Assembly: GCA_965249615.1 (NCBI GenBank) | Contig: CBDFMI010000005.1 | Span: 519,462 to 583,461 of the forward strand | Source of the DNA: a bacterium | GTDB taxonomy: Bacteria > UBA8248 > JACPRG01 > G963555815 | Direction of reading: 5' to 3' | Length of the DNA: 64,000 bases | The notes under the pieces: generated by a model | What the model was told of the DNA's origin: nothing | Seen by the model: only the letters and a program-made list of their open reading frames with translations | Databases searched by the model: none | Shown: positions 60,213 through 64,000 of the stretch, piece by piece | Numbering within the stretch: position 1 is the stretch's first letter | Layout: every line of letters starts with the position of its first letter | Translations under genes and position numbers: made by a program

Positions 60213-60617
60213 TTACTTTCCGCCGCTCAGGTGCTCAACGTGACGGCGGGCGATCCCAATCCTGTCCTCAAAACTCTCCAGCGGGGTCGTGTGCCATCTG
60301 ACAATTCCCCAGAAGGGCAGGTTTGCCAGCATATTGCTCAACTCATGGTTGGACTCCGCTTCCACGATGAAAAACCCATTCCTGCCTCCGGCCTCGAGTC
60401 CTCCCACCAGGACCCCCTTCTTGTCCATCTCCGCCAAGCTCGTCAGGCTCGGGATGACCAGGCCCTCCAAAAGCCCGACCACCTGCTGTGGGGAGAGCAG
60501 CGGGCCAGGGTCAATCAAATCCATTCTGACGAGAAACTTTTGTTGCGCCGATGCTGTCCCCACGATGAGAAGCGCGAGGACAAAGAAAGAGCTAAGGAAC
60601 GTTAAACGTCGCCTCAT
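60213..60617 (-). CDS. MIase-like small protein with N-terminal signal peptide (secreted paralog)
   Basis: 134 aa. MRRRLTFLSSFFVLALLIVGTASAQQ signal, followed by a domain about 60% identical to the 59842..60180 product. Confidence 0.45.
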   Translation of the reverse strand: MRRRLTFLSSFFVLALLIVGTASAQQKFLVRMDLIDPGPLLSPQQVVGLLEGLVIPSLTSLAEMDKKGVLVGGLEAGGRNGFFIVEAESNHELSNMLANLPFWGIVRWHTTPLESFEDRIGIARRHVEHLSGGK

Positions 60618-60664
60618 GGTTTCCTCCTCTTGAGATAATGAGGTGAAAATACAGGACGGTGCAA

Positions 60665-61669
60665 TTAATCGTATTTAGCAACCCCTATTGTGTCAAGGGG
60701 AAACCCCTGCAGAGCCCGGATAAGGGAGGAGATCGCCGCGTTGTGAGGGGCTTCCCCCTGTTTCGCGACATAACCATTCAGATAGTCCACCTCGGTCCGC
60801 CTTCCAAGACGCAAATCCTGGAGCATCGAGTTCTCATTCTCCGCCGTCTTCTCCGCCGTCTCTTCCACCTGGCGGACGGCCTCCTCCAAGGGGATGGCAA
60901 AACCCTCTGAGGAGGCGAGGCGGCAACCCTCCCGAAGGAGAGACATCCACAGATCTCGCAGCGCCTTGTGCGTGCCGACGACCCCGTTTCGGACTCGGGC
61001 CAGGGCCCCGACGGGATTGATGGCGAGATTGACCAGGGCCTTTTGCCACACGGCGCGTCCCATGTCGGAAACCTCTTCGACCGGGAAGCCGGCCGAGCGG
61101 AACAGGGAGGCCGAAAGGCGAACGCCCTTTCTCTTCTCCTCGCTGTGATCTTGGGGAGGCCACATCCCCACCTGAATCGGCCCCTCCCCGGTCCAACGGA
61201 CACATCCCGGACCTTCCGAAAGGGCCCCTGAATAGACGACCCCCCTCAGTGCCTGTTCCGAAGGGAGCTGGCCCCACACGTCGGCCTCAAAGCCAAGGCC
61301 GTTGGAGACGAGCAACACCCAGGTATTGGCCTCGACGAGACCCGCCTTGAGGGCTGACCGCAGGGCGGCGGAGGCGTCATAGGCCTTGGTCGCGATAAGG
61401 AGGAGATCAGGGGGGGAGATGTGAGCACCAGGCCAGGCGAGATTCACAGGAATCTGAAACTCCTGGATCCCTGCAACGCGGAGGACCGGAGTCCCCTTCA
61501 CATTTGGCCAGTCCTCGGACGGGCAACGCGGGCAGAGGGTCACCCTGGCCCCGCCCCTGGCCAGACAGGCCCCCAGGAGGCCTCCCAGGGCGCCTGCTCC
61601 GAGGATCACGATGTTTTTCAAAGGTGGCGCCCCCAGGAAGGGGATCGCCCCAGGAGAGAGACCAGACAC
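60665..61669 (-). CDS. panE: 2-dehydropantoate 2-reductase-like (ApbA/PanE family)
   Basis: 334 aa. N-terminal Rossmann IVILGAGALGG, with a C-terminal ApbA_C-like region. Confidence 0.7.
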   Translation of the reverse strand: MSGLSPGAIPFLGAPPLKNIVILGAGALGGLLGACLARGGARVTLCPRCPSEDWPNVKGTPVLRVAGIQEFQIPVNLAWPGAHISPPDLLLIATKAYDASAALRSALKAGLVEANTWVLLVSNGLGFEADVWGQLPSEQALRGVVYSGALSEGPGCVRWTGEGPIQVGMWPPQDHSEEKRKGVRLSASLFRSAGFPVEEVSDMGRAVWQKALVNLAINPVGALARVRNGVVGTHKALRDLWMSLLREGCRLASSEGFAIPLEEAVRQVEETAEKTAENENSMLQDLRLGRRTEVDYLNGYVAKQGEAPHNAAISSLIRALQGFPLDTIGVAKYD

Positions 61670-61693
61670 CTTGCGGAGGCGAAATCCGCCCTG

Positions 61694-62536
61694 CTATCGC
61701 GCCCCGCCGTTTCCTTGGGCCACAGCCTCCGAGACTTGAGCCCCGTCGGTCCCTTCGGCCAAGACGGGGGCGAACTCGGTGAAGGCGTAGGCGCTGTGAT
61801 TATGGAGGCTCTCAAAATTCTCGCAGCCCACTGTGAACCACGTAAAATTCTCGTCCTCCTCGAGGGCCCCGTAGATCTCCCGCACCACGTCCTCGACGAA
61901 CATGGGGTGGTCGTAAGCGAGCTCCGTCACGTATTTCTCATCGGAGCGCTTGAGGAGGGCGTAGACCTGATTGATGGCCCGCTCCTCTACCTTGGCGATG
62001 AGGTCTTCCATCCAGAAGAAGTGGCGGAAGCGAACCTGGACGCTGACCTCTCCCCGCTGGTTGTGGGCCCCGTAGTCGCTGATGGTCTTGGAGCAGGGGC
62101 AAAGCGTGCTGATAGGCACCGCGATGCCGACGATAAAATTCTCCTCGTCCCCGGGCCCCGAGCTCCCCGAGAAGGTGCACCGATATTCCATGAGGCTCGG
62201 GATTTTGGAAACGGGCGCCTGCTTCTCGACGAAGTAGGGAAAGGCCATCTCCAGATGCGCCGACTGGGCGTCGAGGCGATGGCGCATGGTGTCCAGGATC
62301 TCCTGGTAGTTTCGGATGCTGACACCACCCCGATAGTGGTTCAGGATCTCCACGAAGCGGCTCATGTGAGTCCCCTTGAAATGGTGGGGGAGGTCCACAT
62401 ACATGTTCACCGTGGCCGTCGTGTGCTGGTATTCCTTCACCTTGTCAAGGACGGTGATGGGATAGCGGATGTCCTTGACCCCCACCTTCTCCAGGACGAC
62501 CTTTCGGTGGTCACGCTGGCTCTGCACATCGATCAT
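61694..62536 (-). CDS. folE2: GTP cyclohydrolase FolE2 (MptA/FolE2 type, DUF198)
   Basis: 280 aa. ...IAVPISTLCPCSKTISDYGAHNQRGEVSV... is characteristic of FolE2. Confidence 0.8.
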   Translation of the reverse strand: MIDVQSQRDHRKVVLEKVGVKDIRYPITVLDKVKEYQHTTATVNMYVDLPHHFKGTHMSRFVEILNHYRGGVSIRNYQEILDTMRHRLDAQSAHLEMAFPYFVEKQAPVSKIPSLMEYRCTFSGSSGPGDEENFIVGIAVPISTLCPCSKTISDYGAHNQRGEVSVQVRFRHFFWMEDLIAKVEERAINQVYALLKRSDEKYVTELAYDHPMFVEDVVREIYGALEEDENFTWFTVGCENFESLHNHSAYAFTEFAPVLAEGTDGAQVSEAVAQGNGGAR

Positions 62537-62940
62537 CTACTCTCTCCATGATAGGTGGCACTGCACCGGTCTGTCTCGAAGACGGTGACCCTGTGGAGCC
62601 GGACGGCGGGCCCCTTCAGACGTCCCGAAAGGGCCTCGAAGAGGTGCCTGGCGATGTTCTCTGCCGAGGGACTCACCTGCCGAAAGGCGGGGACCTCGTT
62701 CAAGTTTCGATGGTCCAGATCTCCGAGAACCTCGCGCGTCTCCTGTTCCAGACGCTTGAAATCCACCGCCATGCCCGCGTCGTCCAGCCCCTGAGCCGTC
62801 ACACTCACTTGGACCCGGAAGTTGTGCCCGTGAAGGGGTTCTTTTTCCCCATGATCGTTTTGAAGCTGATGCGCTGCCGCGAAATCTGTCTCGACAGTCA
62901 CTTCGTACACGGGTTGAACCCCAAAAAGGCAAGAAGGCAT
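62533..62940 (-). CDS. 6-pyruvoyl-tetrahydropterin synthase family (QueD/PTPS); Lys at the usual Cys position, so possibly a Glu-type PTPS-III
   Basis: 135 aa. FAAAHQL...HGEKEPLHGHNFRV. Canonical QueD has C-x3-HGH. Overlaps the folE2 start by 4 nt. Confidence 0.7.
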   Translation of the reverse strand: MPSCLFGVQPVYEVTVETDFAAAHQLQNDHGEKEPLHGHNFRVQVSVTAQGLDDAGMAVDFKRLEQETREVLGDLDHRNLNEVPAFRQVSPSAENIARHLFEALSGRLKGPAVRLHRVTVFETDRCSATYHGESR

Positions 62941-62962
62941 CCAGAGTTATTTACAGATTATA

Positions 62963-63820
62963 TCATTTAGAGCCCTCGCGCCAAGAGCCCCGGATGGCCT
63001 CGACCATCTGTACCGTCCGAACAGCGGCCCGAACCTCGTGGACCCGCAGGAGATCAGCTCCCTGCCAGAGACCCAGGGCGTTGCTCACGATGGTCCCTTC
63101 CAAGCGGTCGAGGGGACTTTCAATACCGGTGATCTTTCCGATGAAGGACTTTCGGGAGACCCCCAGGCAGAGGGGATAGCCCAGGGCGCGAAGGGAGGAG
63201 AGGTGGCGCAGGAGAGAGAGGTTGTGCTCGACGGTCTTCCCAAATCCAATGCCGGGGTCCAGGACGAGGTCCCGGATCCCCGCCTTGTCGGCAAGCTTCG
63301 CCTGGCCGTCGAGATACGCCTTCACCTCCTCCACGACGTTGTCATAGCGGGGAGAGCGCTGCATGGTCTGGGGCTCTCCCTGCATGTGCATGATAATGGC
63401 GCCGGCCCCAAAACCCCCGATGACCTCCCGAAGGGCAGGATCTCTGAGGCCTCGCACGTCATTGATGAGCGGGACCCCTCGGGCCAGGACCTCCTCCGCA
63501 ACCTTGGGCTTAGAAGTGTCCACGGAGATGAGGAGAGCGGGGTCCTTCAGGAGAGGTTCGAGAACCGGAAGGAGGCGGTCGAGCTCCTCCTCAGCCTCAA
63601 TGAAGCGGGCCTCCGGCCGGGTCGACTCCGCCCCCAGGTCCAGGATGGCCGCGCCTTCCTCGGACATCTCTCTCGCTCGCTTGAGGGCGTCCTCGGGGCG
63701 CACGTAGAGACCCCCGTCGGAGAAAGAGTCGGGCGTGAGATTGAGGGTGCCCATCACCTTCGGAGGCTTGAGGGAGAGCGAGCGACCCCGCAGATGAATT
63801 TTCATCTCTTCACGCCTCAT
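62963..63820 (-). CDS. folP: dihydropteroate synthase
   Basis: 285 aa. MGTLNLTPDSFSDGG...DLGAESTRP...GxGFGKT motifs. Confidence 0.85.
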   Translation of the reverse strand: MRREEMKIHLRGRSLSLKPPKVMGTLNLTPDSFSDGGLYVRPEDALKRAREMSEEGAAILDLGAESTRPEARFIEAEEELDRLLPVLEPLLKDPALLISVDTSKPKVAEEVLARGVPLINDVRGLRDPALREVIGGFGAGAIIMHMQGEPQTMQRSPRYDNVVEEVKAYLDGQAKLADKAGIRDLVLDPGIGFGKTVEHNLSLLRHLSSLRALGYPLCLGVSRKSFIGKITGIESPLDRLEGTIVSNALGLWQGADLLRVHEVRAAVRTVQMVEAIRGSWREGSK

Positions 63821-64000
63821 GGGGATAGAGGCTCCCGGTGGCCAGGATCTCCTCCAAGGGGTGCCAGTGCTCTCTAAGCTCTCCGACCAGGAAAAGGGAG
63901 CCGGTGACGCAGACGAGGTCCTCCTGGCGGGCCGCGTTCAGGGCCGCATCCAGGGCGTCAAAGGGATCGGGGAAGACCCCGGCCACCGGGGCGAACTTCG
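63810..64000 (-). CDS. folC: C-terminal fragment of folylpolyglutamate synthase/dihydrofolate synthase-like protein (partial, runs off window)
   Basis: Translation ...AARQEDLVCVTGSLFLVGELREHWHPLEEILATGSLYPHEA-stop matches the Mur-ligase C-terminal domain end typical of FolC. Overlaps the folP start by 11 nt. Confidence 0.5.
   Translation of the reverse strand, partial: KFAPVAGVFPDPFDALDAALNAARQEDLVCVTGSLFLVGELREHWHPLEEILATGSLYPHEA

Noticed and set aside
63038-63877. 279-aa plus-strand ORF
   Set aside because: Antisense to folP, whose DHPS motifs are unambiguous.

Overview
High-GC (about 60-65%) bacterial chromosomal core region, densely coding on both strands, with frequent GTG starts and 4-nt start/stop overlaps between adjacent genes. 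Content is mostly housekeeping and is arranged in several blocks whose order mirrors Bacillus-type synteny: rmlBCA, tmk-holB-ricT-metG-tatD, rny-ymdB, mreBCD-mrdA-rodA, and dprA-topA-trmFO-xerC-hslVU-argB. Diderm-type genes are also present (PpiD, TAT-signal DctP of a TRAP transporter, ArnT/PMT-like GT-C glycosyltransferases). The window ends in a folate cluster (folE2, PTPS/QueD-like, folP, partial folC). No CRISPR arrays, tRNA/rRNA genes, transposases or phage genes were seen. Observations worth a second look, roughly in order of interest: (1) A putative sulfur-carrier-dependent amino-acid biosynthesis module. It consists of a ThrC-like PLP enzyme with N-terminal Zn-ribbon, a MoaD/CysO-like protein ending in GlyGly plus an 8-residue extension, a JAMM/Mec+ peptidase translationally coupled to it, and two tandem stand-alone NIL-domain proteins. 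(2) A zapB-zapA-[430 nt noncoding]-ygfA arrangement that by synteny predicts a 6S RNA (ssrS) gene. (3) A perfect 81-bp tandem-repeat array coding for a Pro/Glu/Val-rich linker inside MetRS. (4) A TatD hydrolase reading through, without a stop, into a TatD-associated radical SAM domain. (5) At least six +/-1 frameshifts, all located at G or C homopolymers, that interrupt otherwise intact essential genes (ABC-2 permease, tatD, a GT87-like gene, mrdA/PBP2, dprA twice). This pattern points to systematic homopolymer sequencing error; every gene boundary in this window should therefore be treated with caution. (6) An AT-rich 650-bp island with a small lipoprotein gene between rodA and rng. (7) Two tandem muconolactone-isomerase-like paralogs, one with a signal peptide.
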